Shown piece after piece: positions 39,151 through 51,963 of a stretch of DNA of 64,000 bases. The DNA lies in the NCBI RefSeq assembly GCF_006345805.1, contig NC_042999.1, positions 81,344,001 through 81,408,000 of the forward strand, written 5' to 3'. A program made the translations under genes and the position numbers. The stretch comes from Octopus sinensis (Eukaryota). A model generated the notes under the pieces. The model searched no databases, was not told the DNA's origin, and worked only from the letters and a program-made list of their open reading frames with translations. Every line of letters starts with the position of its first letter. Position 1 is the stretch's first letter.

Positions 39151-40293
39151 AGGTATATCGAAATAAGTTAAAGAATCCCAAACCTACAGTTTGGGGCAAA
39201 AATTTTAGAATCATAAATATCTCCATTTTTGTGTGAACATTTTGCCGTCACCTCTTCCTTGTGTATCAGATTATGTAAAATGCCTTTATTGTAACAACAC
39301 AATTAAATGCACGCTAAAAGTATGACACCACAATTAAATGCACGCTAAAAGTATGGACGTAAACACCAGCTAACCTTTATCTTCTTCTTGACATACCTTT
39401 TATTGCAATTGCATTATTAAACACGCGGAGAATAAGAAGAAAAAAAAGAAAAAGAAAAGAAAAAATACTATTTATAGTTCACGCTGCTCGTACATGACTC
39501 TATTCACAAGTACTGTTTATAGTCGGCCCCTCCTTTGATTTTTCTCAAAGTCAAGGTCACTGTTTCACAAGTTCCATCAACACTGTTGCGGTCAATTTGA
39601 ACTCTATTTGACCGACCGTTCTTCATCTCACTTTATGAGCTATTTACTACTGCTGCTATCAGAATTTACTGCAGTTACTACTATCGCTACATTTAGAAAC
39701 ATTCAAGCTGACGATGACACCAAAATATCTCTCTCCGTGTCTGAATTATACCGGTGGCGCCAACGAAAAATCCCTTTCTTTCTCTGTGCTGGGAGAAAAG
39801 AGAATTTACTATAAAAACAAACCCCCAGCCCACCCTCCAACGTATAATTTACTTTAAAAAGAAATACTTTAAAAGGGAAAAACGTGAGAAAAAAAAGAAA
39901 AATTAATAATCTAATTTAACAATAACATGTGCCTTCTCGCACATAAACACAGCATTCACACATATACAAACATGCGCAGATGCAATTATTGAAGTACTAA
40001 ATGGCACGTCAAATGATATTTAATCGTGTGGAACATGTTACATGCATATCAATATTCTAAACTTTGGACATACTATCCCTTATCCTAAAGCTGCTTCAGA
40101 CAATTAGGAAGGGTTCCCGACTCGTTGCACCGTCTGCTTTCAATCTTGGATTGTGATTCGGCTCAGCCCAAACTCTCTCAGTTTTTGTCTGCTGTTGCCT
40201 ACTCCTACAAGGATTGCACCTGTTTTTTGTTCCTGATTTAACCCCGATTTGTCCTAGAGCCCATAGAAGATTGTTTTTAGTCAACCATCCATC

Positions 40294-41755
40294 ATGTCAG
40301 CTACCTACGCATCGAAACTGAGATCTGCAAGTAGGGCTTCTCATCAAGATGATGGTCCTACCAATAGTCAGCTCAACGAACAGTTGCTGTTGCTCAAACA
40401 AGAGGTTGAGCACCTAAAGTCTGTTGTTGCTCTCTTACTGAATAAACAGTCTCCTGTTGACGCAGAGTCACCCTTGATTTCTTCCCTGGAGACGTCCAAA
40501 CCGAAGGGAACAAAATCGAGGCGGCCAAAGAAGGCGAAGGAACCGGCGGTCGTTTCTGCACATGATCGTTCCCGTGCGGATTCTTCCTCATCTGCCTTTT
40601 CGGTCCCGGAGGTTCCCCAACCTAATTTGAGGAGCGTAGACTCAAACCCACCTGAAGACCGTTGTTCTCCCCAAAAGAAGAAACGTCGTCAAAACTCCAG
40701 TGGGGCGGATTTAGCTATGAAACATGACCACGATAAACGGTCTCCTGTTGATGCAGGGTCACCCTTGATTTCTTCCCTGGAGACGTCCAAACCGAAGGGA
40801 ACAAAATCGAAGCGGCCAAAGAAGGCGAAGGAACCGGCGGTCGTTCCTGCACATGATCGTTCCTGTGCGGATTCTTCCTCATCTGCCTTTTCGGTCCCGG
40901 AGGTTCCCCAACCTAGTTCGAGGAGCGTAGACTCCAACCCACCTGAAGACCGTTGTTCTCCCCCAAAAGAAGAAACGTAGTCAAAACTCCAGAGGGGCAG
41001 ATTTGGCTATGAAACCTGATCACGATAAAATCTGTTTGGATTCTCCTTCACTTGTCCTTCCCATTAATGCCATTGCTCAACCAATTCTGAACGATCTCGA
41101 TGTGGGTTCATCTGGGGAGTGGTGCTCCCCCAAACCGAAGAAGAGGCAGTGCAGTTCCAAACCAGGCGGGAAAATTATAACCACTAAATCCATTCCGATC
41201 GACCCCACAGGCCGACATAAGTCCGATGGCTATGAAACCACCCTTTCGAAATCCTCCAATGAAGAATCGAATACCGCAGCTCATAGTAGATAACTTTTTG
41301 CCCACTCAAGATCGGCAATAATATATGGCAAGGCTGAATCCACCTGTGATACAGGCATAAACCGCCTAAAAGATGACATTAATTTTGTTTCCGTTTTGGT
41401 TGAAAAATTGTTCTCTGTGAACGAAAATGTCAGTGTTCTTAAGGTCGCTCGGCTAGGAAGATTCCAAGCGAACCCAACCGCAGATACTAGACCACGCCCA
41501 ATAAGGGTAATCTTTTCTTCTGATCGGGAGGCTTCAGTCTTTCTGAACAGAGCTCAGACGCATGCCTGGGAGGACCCCAATATGGGTTTTCGCGAGGAAT
41601 ACTCACTAAGAGAGAGAATTCGCCGGAGGAACCTGATATCGGAGCTAAAGATGAGGAAACAAATGGGAGAGAAGGGTTTACGAATCCAAGATGGACAGAT
41701 AATCAAGTCCTACCTCTGGTCCCATGCTGTAGTGCTGACAGGGAAAGTGATGTGA
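40294..41755 (+). pseudogene. CR1 ORF1 (coiled coil, internal 291-bp duplication, C-terminal RRM-like region); one +1 frameshift (~40962) and one stop (41291)
   Basis: ORFs 40294-40980, 41003-41293 and 41396-41755; RLGR...RPRPIRVIF motif typical of CR1/L2-group ORF1. Confidence 0.8.
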
Positions 41756-44640
41756 GGGCAAATCGAAGTGAAGTTGATACCCCCATCAACGATGCTATCT
41801 CTGATGCCCTTTATTCTGCTTGTTCCCCAACTCCCGCCCCTCAGACTTCACAGCTCAGCATCGTCTACACCAACTCGTGCTCCTTATTCCCAAAGTTCAG
41901 TGAACTATTTACATTGGCCCTACACGACTCCCCTGATGTGATAGCTATCACCGAGACTTGGCTGACTCCAGCAGTAAAGGACTCAGAGATCCACCTGCAG
42001 GTCTACGTCCTTTTCAGATGTGACAGAGGAAAAAGGCGAGGTGGAGGTGTTGCTGTGTATGTTAAGTCTGAGCACAAACCGTCCTGCGGTATTCTACCCA
42101 CAAATGCTCAACCTACAACCAAATTCGATGCCGTCTATTGCAAGCTGAGCCTATCTGAGTTTTGCCTGCCCGTGTTGGCTGTCTACAGGCCGCCTCTAGC
42201 CGACCCCCAGGACGATGCTCATCTACTCGAAGCGATAAGATTCGTTTCAGCTTCGCATGACTGCTTGGTACTAGGCGACTTCAACGCTCCCACGATCGAT
42301 TGGCCCGCATCAATTTGTACAACATCTTCCCGGTTCGGCCAGGCCCTTCTTGACGTGGCTGAAGATTGTTTTCTATCGCAACATGTTGAATATCCGACAA
42401 GGCATCGGTCTGGGCAGCAGCCATCTATGCTAGATCTGGTATTCTCCCGCTATCCAAGATCAGTGTCAGACGTATCTGTGTGCGCCCCTCTTGCCAAGAG
42501 TGATCATGCGGTCCTGAAGTTCGTCATGCACACAACTTTTTCCACGCCCACGATTACTTCGCTGCCACGTAGAGTCTTCTCTGCAATTAATCTTGAAATT
42601 CTAACCGAGGCTTCCGCGCTTCTGGACTGGCGTTCCCTGATGACGTTGTCCTCAGTTGACGAACTATGGTCATCCCTCAAAGCATATGTTATCTGTTTGA
42701 CTGACCAGGCAGTTCCCGTTGGACTTCCCAAGAGGAAGAAACACAAGCCCTGGGTGACGAAGAAGGTTAAACGAGAACGTCGACTCAGAGATATTGCTTG
42801 GGCTGAATTCAAAAATCTGGATTCGACTGCAGCTTTTGAGGTGTACAAAACTCAACGAGACCGAGCCGTGAAAATTGAAAAGAAGGAACGCTTCAGTTAT
42901 GAATACAAAATCGCGGCAACTGCCAGTAGCAATCCAAAAACCTTCTTTGCCCATGTCCAGCGGAATTCCCGCTTGAACAACCAGATTGCAACGTTGGTAG
43001 ACTCAACAGGCGTATCGATTGAGGACCCTTATCAACAGAGTCAATTATTTGCCGAGGCTTTTTCAACTATTTTCAAACAAGATGATGGTCGTGAACCCCC
43101 TCCATTTGATAGATCGGTACCTCCAATGCTTCGATTGATCATCACGCGGGACCAAGTCAAACGTGTTATTCAAGGCCTCGATGTCAACAAGGGTCACGGC
43201 CCTGACGGCATACACCCACGGGTTATCAAAGCGTTGGCTCCGGTCATCTGCGAGCCCTTAACACGACTATTCAATATGTCATTGGCGACGGGTGTTATAC
43301 CTGCAGACTGGAGAACAGCGATAATCTGCCCAATTTTCAAGAAAGGGAGCCGCGAAGACCCGCTTAACTACCGACCGGTTTCCCTTACATCAATAATCAG
43401 CAAGATGTTCGAAACCATCCTTAAGAAAAGTATGATGCTCCACCTCCTAAACACAGCCTCGATCACTGATTCCCAACACGGCTTCGTGCCGAAGAGATCA
43501 TGTTTGACCAAATTACTAGTAATGGAAGAATTGGTGACGAGCATCCTCGATGATGGTGATGCTGTTGACATCGTTTTATTGGACTTTGCCAAAGCTTTTG
43601 ACTTGGTAAACCACCGCTAACTACTTGTCAAGCTTCAAGCATATAGTTTCCATCCGGATATTGTACGATGGGTTGGTGCCTTCCTCTCAGATCGCTCCTT
43701 CCAAGTTCAAGTTAATGGTTCGCGGTCCGACGTCTCCAGTGCGAGCAGTGGCGTGCCTCAAGGTTCAGTGCTTGGGCCCTTGTTGTTCTTAGTCTTCATA
43801 AATGACTTGCCCGACGACCTCACGCAACACACCCTTCTATTTGCCGACGATATCAAACTGGTCGCTCCTCGCGGTAGTATAGAGGATCTTCGTCGATCCC
43901 TCCACCAAATTTGGAAGTGGTCAAACGATTGGGACCTGTGTCTGAACGTGTCAAAGTGCTGTCATCTGCCTGTCGGCTCTACTCCTGCAACTCAACTTGA
44001 TTTCGAGCCGGGTCGTCTGCTGCTGGAGAGGACCGATCAGGTAAAGGACCTGGGTATCTAGGTGGATTCCTCATTTTCGCCTTCGGCCCAGTGCGTCCAT
44101 GCTGCCAACAAAGCGCGCGGAATTCTGTTTTTGATTCGACGGTCATTCGGAATGCTCACAGCAGCCATATTCCTGCCACTCTATGTCACGCTGGTGAGAC
44201 CCATATTGGAGTATGGGATTCAAGCCTCTTCTCCTTATCTCCTCAAAGACATACATCACCTCGAAAGAGTCCAGAGGCTGGCTACCCGCATGGTTCATGG
44301 TCTCAAAAATTTGTCCTACGAAGAAAGGCTGAGGACGCTCGACCTTTGTCCTCTTGAAAAACGCCGCCGCCGTGGTGATCTCATTCTCGCCCACAACATC
44401 ATAAGCGGGAAGTGTAACCTCTCGAAAGAGATGTTCTTCACTCCTGCTCCGGAGCGTCGGCTGCGGGGTCATTCCGAAAAGCTCTACCTGCGACGATTTC
44501 ATCTCAATCGAAGGAGAGGAGCTTTCTCCATCCGGGTTGCGGATCCGTGGAACAAGCTGCCAGACGAGATGGTGAAGATGCCGACGACCGCTTTGTTCAA
44601 AGCCTCCCTGGACCTCAAGTGGCCTGAACTCTTTACATGA
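41752..44640 (+). pseudogene. CR1 ORF2 (APE endonuclease + RT), single frame with two nonsense codons (43618, 44059)
   Basis: ITETWL, GGGVA, LGDFN, LDLVF, SDH; GPDGI, NYRPVSLTS, QHGF, LDFAKAFD, GVPQGSVLGP, FADD, LRGH...FSIRV..WNKLP. Confidence 0.95.
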
Positions 44641-45173
44641 ACACCACCCTGTACTTAACTCCATGTCCCCCTACATGGCCTTGCTATTTGCTTTTGAGCC
44701 AAATTAACTAACTAAACTAACTAACTAACTAAACTATCTGGTGTGTCTTTACGGACCCACAACTTATCATCAAATTTAATAATAGATCTTCTGGCTGCCA
44801 ACACAACATTAATTTCTTCTCGGGTGAGACCAGCTTTGTTATGAGCAAGCCAAAGTGCCTTATTAAGTACTATTGGATTAATAGACGAATAAAAATTGGA
44901 AATATCAAACTGGATAAACTTCGTACTCACCTTACTGTTAATAGACCTAAACCAGTCAACTACGTCAAATGAATTAGTCCATAAACTAAGTTTTAATGTT
45001 TTGATTAGATTAGGAATATATTTATCTAGTATATTTTTACTAAGGATACCGATGTCAGAGCTGGAAGAGCAGATAAGCCTTAATGATGGGTTAGTAAAAA
45101 AATTTGGTTTGTGATCCTTCAAAATAAACCTAGGTTGCTTAGGAACAAGTGGTTCTGTCTTCATTTGTAGGCT

Positions 45174-47345
45174 ATGAAAATCATGGAGAAATATAACCTA
45201 CAAATGAAGACAGAACCACTTGTTCCTAAGCAACCTAGGTTTATTTTGAAGGATCACAAACCAAATTTTTTTACTAACCCATCATTAAGGCTTCTCTGCC
45301 CTTCCAGCTCTGACATCGGTATCCTTAGTAAAAATATACTAGATAAATATATTCCTAATCTAATCAAAACATTAAAACTTAGTTTATGGACTAATTCATT
45401 TGACGTAGTTGACTGGTTTAGGTCTATTAACAGTAAGGTGAGTACGAAGTTTATCCAGTTTGATATTTCCAATTTTTATTCGTCTATTAATCCAATAGTA
45501 CTTAATAAGGCACTTTGGCTTGCTCATAAAAAAGCTGGTCTCACCCGAGAAGAAATTAATGTTGTGTTGGCAGCCAGAAGATCTATTATTAAATTTGATG
45601 ATAAGTTGTGGGTCCGTAAAGACACACCAGATAGTTTCGATATACCTATGGGAAGTTCTGATTCAGCACAGATAGCTGATTTGGTCTGTATATATATTCT
45701 TTTTGAAATGGCTGAAGAGTTCCCTAACATTTATGGAGGTCTATATCGTGATGATTGTTTACTCAACCTCCAAAATGGTTCTAACCAAAAGGTACAAAAA
45801 GTTAAGAATAGTTTAGTTAAGTTTTTCAGTAGAATGGGCTTAAAAATCGTTTTTGATGACGATCTGACGAAGGCCAACTTTTTAGATATTACGCTTAATT
45901 TACACAGTGACTCTTACTTCCCATATCATAAACCGTTGACCAATCTTAAGTACATTAGCAAATTTAGTAATCATCCTGGAGCAATTACTAAGAATTTAGT
46001 TAAGAATATTTCATTTAGATTATCTAAATTATCTGCTAATGTTGATATTTTCAATAATAACGCTGAATTCTATAACTCTGCCTTAATCAAAGCAGGTTAT
46101 ACAGAAAAGATTTTCTACATTGATTCTGCTCAGTCTAATTGTAAATTCAATAATGTAGATAAGATTTCTAGTCGTAAAAGAATTATTGATAACAAACATA
46201 ACTTACGCACCGATACAAAGCGAATGAAGGCAGATAACCCTTATTTATTCCCCTATTACCGATTTAAAAGTAAATAGAACACCTTCAAAAGTAATTACGC
46301 TATGAATACTAGTAAAAATATTTGGTTAATAATTCCTTACGGGAGACAAATTAAATCTAATCTCCCACTGCTGTTTCGTCAAGCTATTGCTAGGAATTTT
46401 CCAAATAATTCTAGATATTACTCTATAATTAATTCACATAAGGTTAGGATAGGTTTTTCAAACACACAAAATCTCTTGCAAATTATATCTTCTCATAATA
46501 ACAAACTGTTAAATATTAATACATTTACTAATACTAACATTAATTTAGCTACTACCATCCAACCCTCTAGAAATATTAATAACAAGGTTATTGTATCTGA
46601 AGTCAATCCCAATAGAATTAAATTTATGTCAAGTAACTCTAAGATTAAAAATTCTATATACCAGTGTATAATCAGTACTCGTAATAAAGTACGATTTTAC
46701 ATTGGAAGCACATCGTTAGAGTTATCTAAGAGAATTCTATCCATTACTCAACATTTAGGGATAGAAATAAACGGAATAGTACCGGTCTCAGCAAACTGAT
46801 TTGGAATTTAAAAGACCACAATGAAAAATTTCATTTGGAATGGTTGATCCTCTCAATTTCGATACCATATGACAAAGGCAAGAAATTCTGTCTTCTCTGC
46901 AATTCTGAGCTATTTTTCATTATTTTTTCTAAAAATACTCTAGTAAACACGGTTATAGAACGAGCATACAGATGTAAGCAATGGCAAAAACATACTTTTA
47001 GTGCATATAAGTAGTCTCTATCATTATATATAGTTTAGACTTTAATTTCCTTTATATTTAACATTCACTATTAATATCCCTACTCTTTCTGTTAGCTACT
47101 TATGACGTTATATCATATAACGTTTTTTTAAGCAATATTAATAGCGTTCTGTCTATCGCTATACGAATCCATCATTTTTTGTTAAAATGTCGTATTGACA
47201 AGTTTCGTTTTTTCACTTTCCCGAAGAGAAGATTGCATTGTTTATACCTTTTATTCTTTTGAATAAGTATCAGTGGAATTTTTGAAACATATGTAGAAAG
47301 AAAAAATACTTGTTTAAACCTGCGTTGACTCCATTTTTTATTCCT
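45174..47345 (+). mobile_element. Penelope-like element, 5'-truncated main arm with 3' pLTR, ending at (TA)n
   Basis: RT (LKDHKPNF, QFDISNFYSSI, YRDD) and GIY-YIG; stop at 46275 and 1-nt deletion near 46736 relative to the left arm. Confidence 0.95.
47216..47300 (+). ncRNA. Hammerhead ribozyme motif in PLE 3' pLTR (U4C variant)
   Basis: Stem I CUUUC/GAAAG; core CCGAAGA; long stem II; GAAA; palindromic ACAUAUGU; GUA triplet. Confidence 0.65.
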
Positions 47346-47352
47346 ATATATA

Positions 47353-47411
<59 letters not shown>

Positions 47412-47621
47412 TTACTTTTTTATTCTTTTACGTGGCTCAGTCATTTTCCCTGTGGACATGCATGCTGGAACCTAGACCTTATTCTTTCTAAGCCTGGTAC
47501 TCATTCTGTGTCTTTTGCCAAACCGCTAAGTTACGGGGACGTAAACACACCTAAATCGGTTGTCAGCGCGATGGTGGAGGCCCAATCACAGACAGAAACA
47601 CACAAATATATATATATATAT

Positions 47622-47701
<80 letters not shown>

Positions 47702-47870
47702 CGACAGACTTCTTTCAGTTTCCGTCCATCAAAACCTTTCAGAAGGCTTTGGTCTTTGGTCGGCCCGAAGCTATAGTATAAGACACTTTCCCAAGATGCC
47801 ACGTAGTGGAACTAAATGTGGATCCATGTGGTTGGGAAGCAGACTTCTTACCACACTACCACACCTGCGC
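47412..47870 (-). mobile_element. SINE family A with internal (TA)n
   Basis: Reverse-complement match to 62405-62810 across head, core and tail. Confidence 0.85.
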
Positions 47871-47914
47871 ATACACGCACACATATACATACATACATAT
47901 ATACAGTTCAAATT

Positions 47915-48168
47915 TACAGAAAAACAAAAGACGATGGCAGGTGTATGAACAACAAGCAGGTGTATTAATTTGACACATAGGTAAGTTAGAAACTCTTTTA
48001 CCTTTCGAGCCTACGCTCTTCAACAGAAAAGAATAAGAGAAAATAAACAGAGAGAGAGAGAATAAAAAAAAATAGGCAGTTAGTTATCAAGCATGGTGGC
48101 TGGTTGGGAAAAAAAAGGTTTGACAGGAGCGGTAGAAAGAAGGGCAGATAATAATGTATTGGTGATCC
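47915..48168 (-). mobile_element. Solo PLE terminal repeat with HHR-like motif
   Basis: Homologous to 25415-25680 (TGTATGAACAACAAGCAGGTGTATTA...TTTCGAGCCTACGCTCTTCAACAGAAA). Confidence 0.75.
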
Positions 48169-49423
48169 CATATATATATATATACATACATGGTTGGTGA
48201 CCAGGCTTGCCGTGTGTGTGAATAATGAGAATACAAGAGTTACGGAATGTAATTAGTAAGATCTGCGTTACCTGTTTCATAGAGAGCGGAACCTCAGAAA
48301 TAGTAAAAATCCAAGCGCTGCGTATACTGCCGGCTACTCTTCAGGTCAAGGATATCTTGATAAAATTAAAGGCTACCTTATAGTAAGGAGGTACATGTAT
48401 GTAATTTAGACAGTATTTAATAAAAATAGCCATCTTGGTATCGTAATTTTCGATAATTACCACATTCTTGATACGCCAATACTTGCATTATTTGCATTAC
48501 ATGCCGCGTACTCACAGCCAGCTATGTACTCAGATAGCAACTCACCGTCTTTCATATAGGAAAAAACGTAAATAAAGTATCCACTGGTGTTAGGAATAGT
48601 CGCCAGCTTTCTAATATGCAACAAGGCTTTCAGGACAATCCTTCCTGTGTATAGCATTTTAGACATTTTTAGCGGTAGTGTCTTGTCTCATAGGAAGATA
48701 GAACATTACGGACATTTTGGACAACTATTATTTATACTATATTAGAACTATCTTTCACACTGCTATGGCACAATCAAAGTATTCTACTACAGTGTTGCCT
48801 TTTAGAGGTACTCTGGTCTCAGTTTCTTCTAGAATATCTCCTGAACTTGGATACTAAAGGGTGAAATGTGATCTGCATGATCCTCCTACCTTTCTCAACA
48901 ACGGTATTCTCTAAACTTTGGGATAACTATGTACGCATAACTTTCCACTCTTATGACGAAATAATTTACACAAACGCAAGCACACACACTGACATATGAA
49001 CACACTCACTCACACATGCATATACACACGTGAATGTGTGTGTATGTGTGTGTGTGTGTATGTAATACGAACAAGAGGAGGAAATATTTATTTGAAAAAA
49101 TATTTACAAGGTGAATATTTCATCAGATGATAAAGTAAAGTTTATGAGTGTGTTACATGTTTTAAATATATTATTACGTTTCCACAGCTTTTAAAATAAC
49201 GAAATCTAAACAATACAATAAAAATGGAGAGAAAAAGCTCGATTGTCATCTATATGTGTGAAATCTATATATTTGAAAGTGTTTCATCTTTCAAATGAAA
49301 CATTCATAGTTTCGTTCAGAGGAGGACTATTTTAATATTCATTATTAGTATTTTATCTTAGATATAATGCATTTCTTGGTATATTTTGTTTCGCATTTTG
49401 TAATGAAATGCCAAAATAAAATA

Positions 49424-49483
<60 letters not shown>

Positions 49484-50006
49484 GTATACATATATACAAA
49501 TACACACACGCACACACACGCAAACACACACACACATATGTATGTATATATATTGCCTAAATAGAATGACAACGTGGCTGATATTTGGAGAAGCGGACAT
49601 GAAAATAAGCATAAATAATGTAAACAGTCGATATTTTGAACGGTGATGTGATTATCAAAATATAAATGCCCACCGTACCGGAATTTGAAACGAATATCTA
49701 CGTTAATGTGCATATATGTATGTGTCTATGTACGTATGTATGTATGTATGTATGTATGTATGTATGTATGTATGTATGTATGTATGTATGTATGTATGTA
49801 TGCATGCATGTATGTATGTTTGCATGTATGTATGTAAGTATATATATATATATATATATTCATAAATATATATGTTTCTATATACACACATATGTACATG
49901 TGTATACATGTATATATATATATACATACATATATATGTGTGTGTGTGTGTGTGTGTATGTGAATGTTTGTGTGTGTGTATGTGTGTGTGTGTGCGTGTG
50001 TGTGCA

Positions 50007-50130
50007 CGGGGTGTCCATAAATTACCATTGCAATTTGGAAACTTAGAAAGAATAAATAAGGATAACACTGTGGTAGAGTACATTGGAAAACAGGTAAAGT
50101 TTTGTTCGAAGGCAAGTTATAGACACCCTG
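50007..50130. mobile_element. Tc1/mariner-type MITE
   Basis: TIRs CGGGGTGTCCATAA / TTATAGACACCCTG, followed by TA. Confidence 0.6.
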
Positions 50131-50140
50131 TATCTATATA

Positions 50141-50188
<48 letters not shown>

Positions 50189-50224
50189 CGTGTGTGTATA
50201 AAAATACATACGTACATATATATA

Positions 50225-50259
<35 letters not shown>

Positions 50260-50279
50260 CGTATATATATACATACATA

Positions 50280-50310
<31 letters not shown>

Positions 50311-50339
50311 GCATATATACATACATATATATACATATA

Positions 50340-51384
50340 TATTCTTTTCATCATTTACATTAATGACATTAATGACATCATCAAGCACAGCAACATAAAA
50401 ATCTTTGCAGATGACTCCAAGCTACAGAAGTTCATAAATGAGGCGAGTGACCGGACATGCCTTCAGTCAGATCTACTGGCTGTTATCCAATGGGCAGAAA
50501 AAAACAATATGCTGCTGAATGAGGATAACTTTGAGCTAATCCACTTTGGAAAAGAGGATGCCCTGAAACTCCCATACTCCCTTCCTTCAGGTGAAACTCT
50601 CGCGGCGTCCAACAACATCAGAGACTTGGGAGTAATTGTGGACAACAACATAAGCTGGGCCCCTCATATAAACACCAAAGTTGACATGGCCCGCAGAATG
50701 TGTTCCTGGATTCTCAGAACTTTCCAGTCGAGAGATATCCACACCATTATCCTTCTCTTCTCCACTTTTGCCCGACCCCACCTTGAATACTGTTGTCCAC
50801 TGTGGTCTCCCCACACAATACAAGGTATCATAAAAGTTGAAGCACCTCAAAGGGCAATCGCAAAAAAGATAAATGGCATGACAGGCCTCGACTATTGGGG
50901 TCGACTAGAAAAGCTAAAACTCTATTCTCTCCAACGTCGTCGTGAGCGCTACATCATCTGCATGATGTGGAAAATATTCCATCAGCATTGCCCAAATGAT
51001 GTTGGCATCACCTTTAAGGTACATCCAAGGCTTGGGCCCCGTGCCATCCGCCCAAAACAAAAATCGTACTCTCATCTCATAACAACAATACGGCACAATT
51101 ATTTCACCTCAATTGGCCCCGCTCTCTTTAACATTACACCAAAACACATTAAAACAGAAACTGACCCTATAGGGTTCAAGAAGTCTTTTGACAGATTCCT
51201 TCAAGAAATCCCGGATAAACCCCCTACACCCGGATATGTCTCTGTAAACAATAACTCTCTACTTGAGTGGGCCATAGTGCCCAAATTCTGACTTGAAAGA
51301 CTTCACCAGGTGGTGCTATTAAGTTAGACATGGCCTGGGCCAATAATGGCCGAAACCTATCAAAGTATCAAAGTATCAAAGTAT
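50340..51384 (+). mobile_element. 5'-truncated CR1/L2-group LINE with open ORF2 C-terminus and (GTATCAAA)n tail, inserted in a TA-rich microsatellite
   Basis: [49 protein letters not shown]; stop at 51291; tail TATCAAAGTATCAAAGTATCAAAG. Confidence 0.9.
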
Positions 51385-51396
51385 ATATACATTTAA

Positions 51397-51445
<49 letters not shown>

Positions 51446-51834
51446 CATATAGGTATATATTTTTCGTTTTGGGATTTGGTTTGAAAGACTCATGTGAGTT
51501 CGTGTGTTGAAGCATATTCTATTGTGTCTGGGAAGAGTAATTCTCCTTTGGCACCTTATAATTTAACACTCACCGCTAAAATTTCCACTTATTTCTTTTT
51601 CATTTTTCTAAATTTTCCGAGAGATTTCACGTGTCGGTTCTTGAAAAAAACGAACCTTATGAAATATATATATATATATATATCTTAAAAGTTAAGTGCA
51701 ATAAAAGAAAAGTTCATTATTATTTCTTACTAGTTTCAACAGAGTCTACATAGTATTTTTTATGTGTGGGAACACAATGGCTGTCTTGTGCGTTGACTAG
51801 ACTCTTTAGCTGTATTAGTGAAAGTCATCGTTAG

Positions 51835-51917
51835 CTGTAATAGCAGTAGTAGTAGAGACTGTTGGTCGTAGTAGTAGTGACCGTGACGGTTGGAGTTGTA
51901 GCAGCAGTTCATGGGCT

Positions 51918-51963
<46 letters not shown>

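Larger units (their letters stand above)
39164..44731 (+). mobile_element. Near-full-length CR1-type LINE with long leader, ORF1, ORF2 and (CTAA)n tail
   Basis: Boundaries are defined by the interrupted PLE; 3' tail AACTAACTAAACTAACTAACTAACT; AAA present at both junctions. Confidence 0.95.
37749..45172 (-). mobile_element. Penelope-like element, inverted left arm (37749-39163 + 44732-45172), split by a CR1 insertion
   Basis: Both pieces are reverse complements of 45197-47048 and rejoin exactly at ...ATATCG AAA CTATCTGG... Confidence 0.95.

Noticed and set aside
42504-44664. Antisense ORFs within the CR1
   Set aside because: They are expected shadows of a GC-richer coding strand and show no motifs.
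49345-50398. Many ORFs rich in YI/CV/HT repeats here and throughout the window, including the N-terminus of the 383-aa ORF at 50140
   Set aside because: They are translations of (TA)n, (TG)n and (TATG)n microsatellites; only the part from ~50340 is LINE-derived protein.
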